Shown here piece by piece: positions 22,734 to 30,950 of a stretch of 64,000 nucleotides of DNA. The notes beneath the pieces were generated by a model that saw nothing but the letters and a program-made list of their open reading frames with translations, did not search any database and was not told where the DNA came from. The DNA is from Candidatus Komeilibacteria bacterium CG11_big_fil_rev_8_21_14_0_20_36_20 (GTDB lineage Bacteria > Patescibacteriota > Patescibacteriia > UBA1558 > GWA2-36-10). The stretch's first letter is position 1; every line of letters begins with the position of its first letter. The DNA lies in assembly GCA_002787405.1 (NCBI GenBank), contig PCWQ01000007.1, positions 166,250-230,249 on the forward strand. The letters are read 5' to 3'. A program made the translations under genes and the position numbers.

Positions 22734-23098
22734 AAACTGACATTATAAAATAACCCCCAAGCTACCACAACCGGAAGTAAAATCCAAAAAATCAACACTA
22801 ATATATTAAAAATAGTTAAAATAATAAAAACCACAAAACGACTAATCGTCAACAATATCCTCATAAAAAAACTAATTACCCTGCCCTGCCGATCATATTG
22901 GCCAAACATTGGTTTAAACAGACTTTTAAACATGATGGGCAAAGATAGATTACGGGCGGTATTTTTTATAGAACTCCAAGTATAAAGGGCGGTCCTCTTT
23001 AAGCCCTGACTGTACCACCAAATCGGAAAATACAAAATTTCTCCGATTAGATCTATAAATAGAGCTCTTAATGTTTGAATAATTATGTTTTGTGTCAT
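22721..23098 (-). CDS. Small membrane protein overlapping the Clp ATPase start
   Basis: YFPIWWY motif, C-terminal TMs; 13-bp overlap. Confidence 0.85.
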   Translation of the reverse strand: MTQNIIIQTLRALFIDLIGEILYFPIWWYSQGLKRTALYTWSSIKNTARNLSLPIMFKSLFKPMFGQYDRQGRVISFFMRILLTISRFVVFIILTIFNILVLIFWILLPVVVAWGLFYNVSLWKQ

Positions 23099-23140
23099 CA
23101 GCTAAATTATAACATTTTTCAGTGTTTTAAAAAAGAATAC

Positions 23141-23241
23141 ACCCTCTAATCCTGTGCTAATCGCACAGAATTTTCTCCCCCTAAATTAGGGGGAGATGCC
23201 CCTGCCTGCCGGCAGGCAGGCAGGCATAAGACAGAGGGGGT
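23141..23241. repeat. Composite palindromic element
   Basis: CCCTCT...CTCCCCCTAA/TTAGGGGGAG...AGAGGG with nested CCTGCCTGCCGGCAGGCAGG palindrome. Confidence 0.75.
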
Positions 23242-23243
23242 AA

Positions 23244-23272
23244 TTGACAAAAATTAAAAAATTCCTTATGTT
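23244..23272 (+). promoter_or_regulatory. Sigma70 promoter
   Basis: TTGACA-17-TATGTT. Confidence 0.7.
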
Positions 23273-23325
23273 TATTTAGTTAAATTGAATATAGTACCTA
23301 TAACAAATGTGGAGGTTTATTTAAA

Positions 23326-23646
23326 GTGAATAAAACAATGGCATCACTGGGAGATCAACTGAAACCTGGTATAATGGGCGAAGTTGTTTTGGATGATGAT
23401 AAAAAGAAACTCTTAGATATAGTGAACAGAGAAGAAATGCTCCTTATAGCAGGACAACAGTTAATGGTCGTCGGTTCTCAATCTAAGACCACCAACGAAA
23501 GGGTGCCACAAGGTGCCTTGTGTAAAGTTACTATAGTCAACGGCCAAAAAAGACTATTTGACTCTACGACGAATGAGGAAGTGGTCTTGAAACCAGGACA
23601 ACAACTGATGGTTGTTGACGCCAAAAGCGCCGTTGTCTTAAAATAA
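23326..23646 (+). CDS. Hypothetical protein with tandem internal repeat (NfeD-like OB-fold pattern)
   Basis: GQQLMVV occurs twice; SD GGAGG; GTG start. Confidence 0.75.
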   Translation: MNKTMASLGDQLKPGIMGEVVLDDDKKKLLDIVNREEMLLIAGQQLMVVGSQSKTTNERVPQGALCKVTIVNGQKRLFDSTTNEEVVLKPGQQLMVVDAKSAVVLK

Positions 23647-23659
23647 GACTTCCTCCTGC

Positions 23660-23713
23660 ACCCTGTCGAATAAATCAACCTAAGTTTGAGGAGTTCGACG
23701 GGGTCTTTTTTTT
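23660..23713 (+). terminator. Intrinsic terminator
   Basis: ACCCTGTCGAA...TTCGACGGGGT followed by CTTTTTTTT. Confidence 0.8.
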
Positions 23714-23767
23714 AGATGACAATAATGATGAGATATAATATAATAAAATCAACCAACAATTAAATAT

Positions 23768-24040
23768 ATGAATGAAAACATTGAAAATAGAATTGAAAAA
23801 ATAGAAAAAAGAAATAAAAAAGTTGAATTAGATAAAGCTTGAGAAACAAGTTTAACTAGAAAACTCATTATTGCCATTATTACTTATCTTATTATTGCAC
23901 TATTTTTTGTATTTGCTGAATTACCAAAACCATTTATCAACTCTATTGTGCCAACCTTTGCTTTTGTACTCTCAACCTTATCTTTACCATACATTAAAAA
24001 AATTTGGATCAATAAGTATAAAAAAAGAATTAATAGGTAA
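23768..24040 (+). pseudogene. Small membrane protein interrupted by in-frame TGA
   Basis: MNENIENRIEKIEKRNKKVELDKA*ETSLTRKLIIAIITY...LSTLSLPYIKKIW; TGA at 23840. Confidence 0.7.
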
Positions 24041-24056
24041 TAATTAATTTTAAAAT

Positions 24057-24743
24057 ATGAAGACAACCATCCTTATCTCAGGAGGCACCAGTGGCTTAGG
24101 CAAAACAATCGCTCAGATATTATCACCACATCAGCAGGTAATCATTTTATCACCTAGTGAAGACAAATTAAAAAAAGTAGCTGCTGAACTAAACTGTGAT
24201 TATGAGGTCTGCGACATTACTGACTATCAACAGTGCGAACGAGCTATTCAAAACACTTTAAAAAAACATCAACAAATTGGCTGCCTAATTAACAACGCCG
24301 GTATTTGGATTGAAGGGGGATTGGATCAGAATGACGCTGATCATATCCAAAAAACAATGGACATTAATGCCACCGGCGTCATCTTTTTAAGCAAAGCGGT
24401 AATCCCAACTATGAAAAAACAAAAACAGGGTTTTATTATTAATGTAATTTCTCAAGCCGGTCTATATGCTAAAGCCAAACGAAGTGTTTATGATGCTTCC
24501 AAATGGGCAGTAACCGGACTGACAAAATGTCTGGAACAGGAATTAGCTCCCTATAATATCAAAGTAACTGGATTATATCCTGGCTTTATGGAAACGCCAC
24601 TATTTGAAAAAATGGGCACTCATAAAGATTTTACCAATGCTCTCAATCCCGAGTCCGTCGCCAAAGCAATAAAATTTTTGATTGATATGGATCATGAAGT
24701 TTTGATTCCTGAATTAGGAATTAAAAAAATAAGTAACCAATAA
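24057..24743 (+). CDS. Short-chain dehydrogenase/reductase
   Basis: SGGTSGLG, NNAG, YxxxK (YDASK). Confidence 0.95.
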   Translation: MKTTILISGGTSGLGKTIAQILSPHQQVIILSPSEDKLKKVAAELNCDYEVCDITDYQQCERAIQNTLKKHQQIGCLINNAGIWIEGGLDQNDADHIQKTMDINATGVIFLSKAVIPTMKKQKQGFIINVISQAGLYAKAKRSVYDASKWAVTGLTKCLEQELAPYNIKVTGLYPGFMETPLFEKMGTHKDFTNALNPESVAKAIKFLIDMDHEVLIPELGIKKISNQ

Positions 24744-24746
24744 AAT

Positions 24747-25001
24747 ATGAAACTTATTGACCTCTTAGGATATACGGCCGGAATTTTAGTAGTTATTTCT
24801 TTACTACCGCAAACCATCAAAAGCTGGAAAACAAAATTGACTAGAGATTTGTCTTTATGGAGATATATTATTTATATTGTTAGATTGATTCTTTGGATCA
24901 CTTATGCTGCAATTATTAAAAATGGTCCTGTGGCCGTAATGAATAGTATAGGTCTAATATTAGCAAGTTCTATTCTTTATCTTAAAATAAGATATAAATA
25001 A
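24747..25001 (+). CDS. SemiSWEET/PQ-loop family transporter
   Basis: LLPQTIKSWKTK..RDLS, three TMs. Confidence 0.88.
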   Translation: MKLIDLLGYTAGILVVISLLPQTIKSWKTKLTRDLSLWRYIIYIVRLILWITYAAIIKNGPVAVMNSIGLILASSILYLKIRYK

Positions 25002-25010
25002 ATGTTATAA

Positions 25011-25038
25011 AAAAGCGCCCCGCTCAGCGGGGCGCTTT
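25011..25038. terminator. Intrinsic terminator
   Basis: AAAGCGCCCCGC-TCA-GCGGGGCGCTTT. Confidence 0.8.
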
Positions 25039-25184
25039 AAATATCTAAACCTTAAAAAAACAATGAGGAGACTATTGACAAAAACTATATTTTATACTTA
25101 AATAATAGACCGAGTTATTTAACAATGGGATAAATTAATAATCATGCCAACAGGCCAACTCCCGGACACGGGAAGGAGATTAAA

Positions 25185-25583
25185 ATGATAAATATTGAAT
25201 TATTTATTCAAGGGGCGGAAAAAATAGACCGCCAAAGAAAAATAATTACCCGGGTAATTATTTCTGTCCTTGCTCAAATTAATAAAAAGTTTGCAAAAAA
25301 CGCAGAAGCAAGAAAATCAGCAATCTTTGAAATGCCTATCAACGAGGTAATCACTCTACAGTTTAAATATATGAGTGGTTCATATGGATTTGGTGTCCAA
25401 TTTTTCTATAATAACGATTATGTAGCTTGGTGGAGTAATTATGGAGATTCCATTCCTTCCTGGGCAGTACCAATAGTCTTCAGTAAGTTAGCAGAAATCG
25501 TGGAAAAAGCCGACGCCAAATTGCCTGCAGCGGAAATCAAAAAAGCTTTCCAATTCTTTGCTAAACAGGCATTAAATCAATAA
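25185..25583 (+). CDS. Hypothetical protein (orphan unit)
   Basis: 132 aa ORF, SD AAGGAG, TTGACA at 25075, terminator downstream. Confidence 0.8.
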   Translation: MINIELFIQGAEKIDRQRKIITRVIISVLAQINKKFAKNAEARKSAIFEMPINEVITLQFKYMSGSYGFGVQFFYNNDYVAWWSNYGDSIPSWAVPIVFSKLAEIVEKADAKLPAAEIKKAFQFFAKQALNQ

Positions 25584-25613
25584 TCAAAAAAAATTAACTC
25601 ATTAAATCGGTTC

Positions 25614-25641
25614 AGAGCGGTCTATCCCAGCCGCTCTTTTT
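25614..25641 (+). terminator. Intrinsic terminator
   Basis: AGAGCGG...CCGCTCT followed by TTTT. Confidence 0.75.
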
Positions 25642-25655
25642 GTTTTTATAAAAAA

Positions 25656-25748
25656 TTAGCTCTTGTTATCTTTATCACCAGTAATCGCGCCACTAACAAA
25701 AACGACTATAATTAAAAACACCACTAAAATTATTGCTACTAATATCAT
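25656..25748 (-). CDS. 30-aa single-TM peptide
   Basis: MILVAIILVVFLIIVVFVSGAITGDKDNKS*; start region nearly identical to that of gene 27295. Confidence 0.5.
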   Translation of the reverse strand: MILVAIILVVFLIIVVFVSGAITGDKDNKS

Positions 25749-25779
25749 ATGTTTAATTTACTAATCAAATTTTTTATAA
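25746..25779. repeat. 34-bp direct repeat, copy 1
   Basis: CATATGTTTAATTTACTAATCAAaTTTTTTATAA. Confidence 0.85.
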
Positions 25780-25903
25780 AATTATTATAAAATCATTAAA
25801 AGATATACTACCCAGCAAAGATGAGGAAGTTCCGGATTAAATCTAGAATGACGGTGGAATTAGTGATAACGGTGGAGAAAATTATAACTCCCCTTTTATT
25901 TCT

Positions 25904-26521
25904 TTATCTACTTCTAATATACGGCTTAATTGGCAGTAATAATAATGTGCCTAATAATGACAGTGTCGCTAAAGAAACAATTAAGAATGGAAAGCCAATA
26001 GTGCTGGCAATATAACCACCAATGGCTGCCAAGGCGGCCGAACTCACCCCAGTCATTGTAAAATAGATAGCCCATTCCGTTCCTTCTTTAGTCTTATCAA
26101 TATGTCTGGTAAAAATTGCCCTATAAGAAGGAAAGGTGAAAGCTGTAGTCAGCCCCAAACAAAATTGAATAATATAAAGATGCCAGGCCTGACTAATAAA
26201 CAAATACAACAACGGAATTAAAGCTGTCAAAATACTGAAAAAAACTAAAATATGAAAATCATCCTTTTCGCCTCTTATTTTATCTATGATATAGGCGCAG
26301 GGTATTTGAAAAACACTACGGGTAAAGAAAAAAATAGAAAAAGCAACGCCGGCCACAGCCGCATTCCCACCAATGATATATTCTGTAATATAAATGGCAA
26401 AAATTGGATTAAGAAGTTCGGCTGAACCAAGGACTATCACATCTGAAAGAATAAGAAATCTTACCACTGGATTAATGCCTTTTAATAAATAATTTTTAAA
26501 TGGGATTGCTCTTTTTGTCAT
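25904..26521 (-). CDS. Half-size (about 6 TM) MFS-like transporter
   Basis: 205 aa with about six hydrophobic helices and MFS-like loop motifs. Confidence 0.8.
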   Translation of the reverse strand: MTKRAIPFKNYLLKGINPVVRFLILSDVIVLGSAELLNPIFAIYITEYIIGGNAAVAGVAFSIFFFTRSVFQIPCAYIIDKIRGEKDDFHILVFFSILTALIPLLYLFISQAWHLYIIQFCLGLTTAFTFPSYRAIFTRHIDKTKEGTEWAIYFTMTGVSSAALAAIGGYIASTIGFPFLIVSLATLSLLGTLLLLPIKPYIRSR

Positions 26522-26633
26522 AAATTTATTTTTATTTTTATAATCTTCAGCTACTTGCTGATTTTATTTTTATTATTCAAATACCAACGTTTTTTCATAT
26601 AGCTAATTTACTATTTATTTAATTGGAATATTT

Positions 26634-27295
26634 TTAGTCAATAAACTTAAAGGTGGAAACCATAGTTTTTATTGGATTTTCTATATCTTTAACTCTATCT
26701 AAATTTATGCATTCTTCTTCAAATTCAGTCTCCCAGAAAGCCCCAGGGGAACCACCAGCGCATCCATTAACTTCTCTAATTATAAAATTTAAGACATAAT
26801 ATTTTTTTTGTTTCTGGGTAACATAACAATAATCATTATATAGATTACCAGCAGCGGGCTCCCTAACTATATACTCTGTATATTCAATATTATTTAATTT
26901 AATATTATTGATCACCGTTGATTCAAGTTCTAGTGGCAATTCAGGACAGCCGTTCTTTACAGGATTTTCGTTAATTGACACAACAGTAACTTTTGGTGGC
27001 CAAAAATGAGCCCCCCATACATTTGCTCCAAAACTTTCTGGATATTGAAATTCATAGCCATTAATATCATCCCTATAGGTTTTCAATTAGAAATGTCAAC
27101 TTGTTCTTGAATGGGACAAGTGGCAAATTCACAGTTAGGTGGGATTCTACCAACAGCACTTCCATCAGGACATATTTTTGCTTCCAGAGTACAGGCCACC
27201 GGTTGATCCGTATTTTCAATTAAGAAATAAAAACCTACGATAGCGATAATTATAATAATTATAAAACTTATTAGTTTTGGTATTTCATTTTTCAT
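26634..27295 (-). pseudogene. Frameshifted membrane-anchored Cys-rich surface protein (ORFs 27083-27295 and 26634-27086)
   Basis: ACTLEAKICPDGSAVGRIPPNCEF domain, then AAT-TG-AAA-ACC-TAT: restoring one G gives DISNWKTY and fuses both ORFs. Confidence 0.75.
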
Positions 27296-27326
27296 ATGTT
27301 TAATTTACTAATCAAGTTTTTTATAA
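27293..27326. repeat. 34-bp direct repeat, copy 2, overlapping the tgt stop
   Basis: CATATGTTTAATTTACTAATCAAgTTTTTTATAA. Confidence 0.85.
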
Positions 27327-28421
27327 CTCGCCTTTTTTAATTGCTCCTCTAATATCTCGCATCAATTGCAAATAAAAATCTAAGTTATGTAGAGTAGCTA
27401 AACGCATACCTAATATTTCTTCTGTTTTAAATAAATGATGTAAATAAGCTTTAGAATAATTTTTTAAATTAGTATTATTAATTGATGCCTGATCAGTTTT
27501 AAATTTAGAATTAATAATATTAATAGTTTTATAAAATTTGCCCTTTAAAGTTTGCTTAGTTCTAATAAATAACTTCCCATGCCTTGCCTCCCGAGTAGGA
27601 ATAACACAATCAAACATATCCATACCCCTTTTAACAGCTTCAATAATATTTTCCGGATAACCCAAGCCCATTAAATAACGAGGTTTGTTTTCTGGCAAAG
27701 CTGGACTAGTATAATCCAAGACCTGATACATTACTTTATTGGATTCACCAACCGCTAATCCGCCAATGGCAAATCCATGAAATGGCAAAGCCGTAATTTC
27801 TTTAACTGACTTTAATCTTAAATCTTTAAAATCAGCTCCTTGAATAATACCAAAAATTAATTGCTTGTTAATTTTAGCTGATTTCTGATTTAATTTGTTT
27901 TTATAATCCCAAGATATTTGAGCCCAGCGAGTAGTCCGTTCTACGGCTTTCAGAGCTTTAGCGCGAGTAGTGGGTAAAGCCACGCATTCATCAAGAACCA
28001 TCATAATATCGCTACCCATAGCTACTTGAATATCAATAACTTTCTTGGGATTTAAAATATGCTGAGAACCATCTAGATGAGATTTAAATTCTATATCATC
28101 GCCTTTTATTTTTCTTAAATCTGATAAGCTAAAAACTTGATAGCCGCCGCTGTCGGTCAGTAAAGGCAAATTAGTATCCATAAAATTATGCAAGCCGCCT
28201 ATTTTTTTAAAAACCTCAAGACCTGGCCGCAGATAATTATGGTAAGTATTTGATAAAATAATCTGGGCGCCTAAATTTTTAACCTCTTGAGTGGTGACGC
28301 TTTTGACGGCTGCTTTAGTGGCAATGGGCATAAAAAAAGGAGTATCAATGTTACCGTGGGCAGTCTTTAATACTCCTAATCTTGCTTGAGATTTCTTTGA
28401 TTGTTTTAATAGTTTGAACAT
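27321..28421 (-). CDS. tgt: tRNA-guanine transglycosylase
   Basis: TPFFMP, NTYH, TDSGGYQVFSL, GGLAVGE, DMFDCVIPTR. Confidence 0.98.
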   Translation of the reverse strand: MFKLLKQSKKSQARLGVLKTAHGNIDTPFFMPIATKAAVKSVTTQEVKNLGAQIILSNTYHNYLRPGLEVFKKIGGLHNFMDTNLPLLTDSGGYQVFSLSDLRKIKGDDIEFKSHLDGSQHILNPKKVIDIQVAMGSDIMMVLDECVALPTTRAKALKAVERTTRWAQISWDYKNKLNQKSAKINKQLIFGIIQGADFKDLRLKSVKEITALPFHGFAIGGLAVGESNKVMYQVLDYTSPALPENKPRYLMGLGYPENIIEAVKRGMDMFDCVIPTREARHGKLFIRTKQTLKGKFYKTINIINSKFKTDQASINNTNLKNYSKAYLHHLFKTEEILGMRLATLHNLDFYLQLMRDIRGAIKKGEL

Positions 28422-30208
28422 TACTGAATAATACCAATCGGCTCATTAGTGTCAGCCACGACATCAGAGGTCTTTAACATGCGAGAACGAATAATAATAT
28501 CTTCCAACCCTTGAGCTGATAAGGTGGTTGCGTTCAATAAAGTCATAGTCTGGCCGCGATATTCTTCAATCGGCACCAATTCAACCATAAATGAAGCAGT
28601 TAAAGGAAATATAATATTATTAAAATTATTTAAACTCCAAGATAAAACCCGAGTGCCGCTGTCAAAATCAAGCTCACCTTCTTGAATGTCCACTTCACTT
28701 GAAAATGAAACTTCCGGTGGTAAGGTGGTTTCAACGCTGACTGCATCAAAATTGCCGGTGGAATTATTTAAAGACCAAACCACTAAATATTCCGTTGTTT
28801 CGCCTACTCGCGGTGGCAATAATCCCGAACCAACTCGACGACCGCCTAGGTCCCAATAAGCCCCATTATTAAAAGAAACACTTTCTCCAACAGTTAATAA
28901 CAATGGTCTTTCCACCTGTTCCCAGCCGCTCAATCCTTCTAAATTAATTTTAATAATATTCTCAATAGTCCTTTCCGGCTGGACCTGATCCACTACTTTA
29001 ACCTGCCAGGTAAAAATCCTCTCCTCACCAACCGGCCACAAAGCTAAATCCTCACTCTGTTCTTTGGTCCAAACAATATTTGATTCTAGATAACTACCAA
29101 TCGTGTCCAAACTGCCCCAATCCAAAACTTGGCTGTCAATCAAAGCAGTTACTTGAACATCTGGAATATCAGTCTCGCTTTGGTTGGTAATCTTTAACTG
29201 ATAACGCAAAACATCACCCCAATTAACTGTCTGACTACCGCTCTTACCATTAATTTCTAGATTAACTGCAAACTGCGGATTAACAACTACAAATTGTTTT
29301 TCGGCTCTGGAGAAACGACGAAAGCTATCATTAGACATGCTACCAATTTCAGCGACTAACAATTGTTCCGGCTGACTGTCAGGGGCGAAAGAGCCCTTAA
29401 TTGTAATTATCTTTTCTTCTTCTGGCTCCAGATTAACTGCCCAGTAATCCCCCTCTTTAATCGGATCAACTTCCACTAGATCAAAATCATCGGGGTATAA
29501 AATATCAATATATAAATCATTCAATGTTTCATCAGTTAAATTACGATAAATAACTTTTATTTCTTGTTCGGTTGAAACTAGAGTTTTATCTACCGCTTCT
29601 ACTGACAAGTCCAATTTGTTTTCGGTAATTTTAGTTTTAACGGATTGCTTTTCTCTAAAATCCGAATGAAAATTCTCCGGCTGATAATTCAAAGTAAACA
29701 CTGCTAATAATTCTTTGTCTTTAGTGCCGACCAACTGACCAATTATTTTTAAATCCGCTGTTTCACCAGGAGCCAAATCACTCAAAAGCCAAGTGGTCGC
29801 ATTTTCATCAGTCGGCTCAACAGTGGCTCCGTCAAAATAAAAACCACTAGGCCAGTGGACATCAAGTTCTACTTGCTGGAGAGAAACTACATCTAAATTC
29901 TTATATTCTATTAAATAAACGGTTTGATCGCCAGAAATAATCTTGTCCGGACCGCTGACTGAAAATTCCAGACTTTTCTCCACTATAATCGGTGCCTGCT
30001 TACTCCAATAAAAAAATCCGGCCACAGCGGCAATAAATAAAAAAAATAACATCCATAAAAAACTTCCGCCTTTCTTTTTAGCTTTCTTTAGAGTCCGATA
30101 CTCTTGAGGGACTTCTCTTTTGCGACGAACTGAGGGAGCTTCATATGAACTCTGACGAATAGGCGCACGCTTAATAGAATCAATGCTCCTTTTTTTGATT
30201 TTAGCCAT
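28421..30208 (-). CDS. Membrane-anchored protein with repeated beta-sandwich (DUF11-like) domains
   Basis: Basic N-terminus, one TM, repeated W-x-L-x-x-L-x-P-G-E type modules. Confidence 0.75.
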   Translation of the reverse strand: MAKIKKRSIDSIKRAPIRQSSYEAPSVRRKREVPQEYRTLKKAKKKGGSFLWMLFFLFIAAVAGFFYWSKQAPIIVEKSLEFSVSGPDKIISGDQTVYLIEYKNLDVVSLQQVELDVHWPSGFYFDGATVEPTDENATTWLLSDLAPGETADLKIIGQLVGTKDKELLAVFTLNYQPENFHSDFREKQSVKTKITENKLDLSVEAVDKTLVSTEQEIKVIYRNLTDETLNDLYIDILYPDDFDLVEVDPIKEGDYWAVNLEPEEEKIITIKGSFAPDSQPEQLLVAEIGSMSNDSFRRFSRAEKQFVVVNPQFAVNLEINGKSGSQTVNWGDVLRYQLKITNQSETDIPDVQVTALIDSQVLDWGSLDTIGSYLESNIVWTKEQSEDLALWPVGEERIFTWQVKVVDQVQPERTIENIIKINLEGLSGWEQVERPLLLTVGESVSFNNGAYWDLGGRRVGSGLLPPRVGETTEYLVVWSLNNSTGNFDAVSVETTLPPEVSFSSEVDIQEGELDFDSGTRVLSWSLNNFNNIIFPLTASFMVELVPIEEYRGQTMTLLNATTLSAQGLEDIIIRSRMLKTSDVVADTNEPIGIIQ

Positions 30209-30950
30209 AAATAAATAATTTTAATGATTGTGACGGCTTATCATAAACCGTTTGATAATAAATTTGAGAAATTTTCAGCCATTCTTTATTTAAATTTTGA
30301 CTGATCGATAAGCTATCCAGCTGTCCCCAGTCAGCTCTAATAATAAATTGTAAAAACTTAATTAGCTCGCCGGAGATAGATACACTGGAAACATTTTGAT
30401 GCTCTCTGCATATTATACCCCGACCTGGCATATATTTGCCAGCCTCACCGGCAGACAGGCCAGCCGACAAATCCTTTTGACAAATCACACAACTATCCAA
30501 TTGCGGCCGCCAACCAGCTAAACTCAAATACTTCCACAAAAATATTCTAACTAAGATCAGCTTATGCTCTGTAGAAATTTCCTGATTATTTAAAAAAAAC
30601 AAAATTTCTCCTAACAACTCAAATTCTTTAATTTTTTCTGCGCCTCCATCACTAGCTAAAAAAAGTTCAATCACTGATGAAGATAGGGAGAGCAGACGAA
30701 GATCACTTCTTAAATTAGCATAATCTATAACCACACTTGCCCCGGCTAAATGATCCAAGCGACCGCGGCCAATCATTACTTTGACTCGGCTAAAAGGCAA
30801 AAGGTGTCCGGCTAGCTTATTACCTGACTTGGCTGCTGATTTAACAATCACTTCAATTAACCCCTCCTGCGGTGTAAACAAACTGTAGAGCCGATCGGCA
30901 TTTTTCCAAGGTCGGCTATGCAAAACAAAGGCTTCTGTTTTAAAAGACAT
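30201..30950 (-). CDS. recO: DNA repair protein RecO
   Basis: TEAFVL..PWKNADR, GWRPQLDSCVIC Zn finger. Confidence 0.93.
   Translation of the reverse strand: MSFKTEAFVLHSRPWKNADRLYSLFTPQEGLIEVIVKSAAKSGNKLAGHLLPFSRVKVMIGRGRLDHLAGASVVIDYANLRSDLRLLSLSSSVIELFLASDGGAEKIKEFELLGEILFFLNNQEISTEHKLILVRIFLWKYLSLAGWRPQLDSCVICQKDLSAGLSAGEAGKYMPGRGIICREHQNVSSVSISGELIKFLQFIIRADWGQLDSLSISQNLNKEWLKISQIYYQTVYDKPSQSLKLFIYG
30438..30460. repeat. Degenerate CCTGCCTGCCGGCAGGCAGG palindrome inside recO
   Basis: GCCAGCCTCACCGGCAGACAGGC, encoding GLSAGEAG. Confidence 0.6.

Noticed and set aside
23840-23842. In-frame TGA as evidence of a reassigned genetic code
   Set aside because: TGA ends intact genes (34161, 40993, 48794) and long core ORFs are open without TGA read-through; a TGG-to-TGA mutation is simpler
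23884-24066. 60-aa minus-strand ORF
   Set aside because: Shadow of the plus-strand interrupted gene 23768-24040
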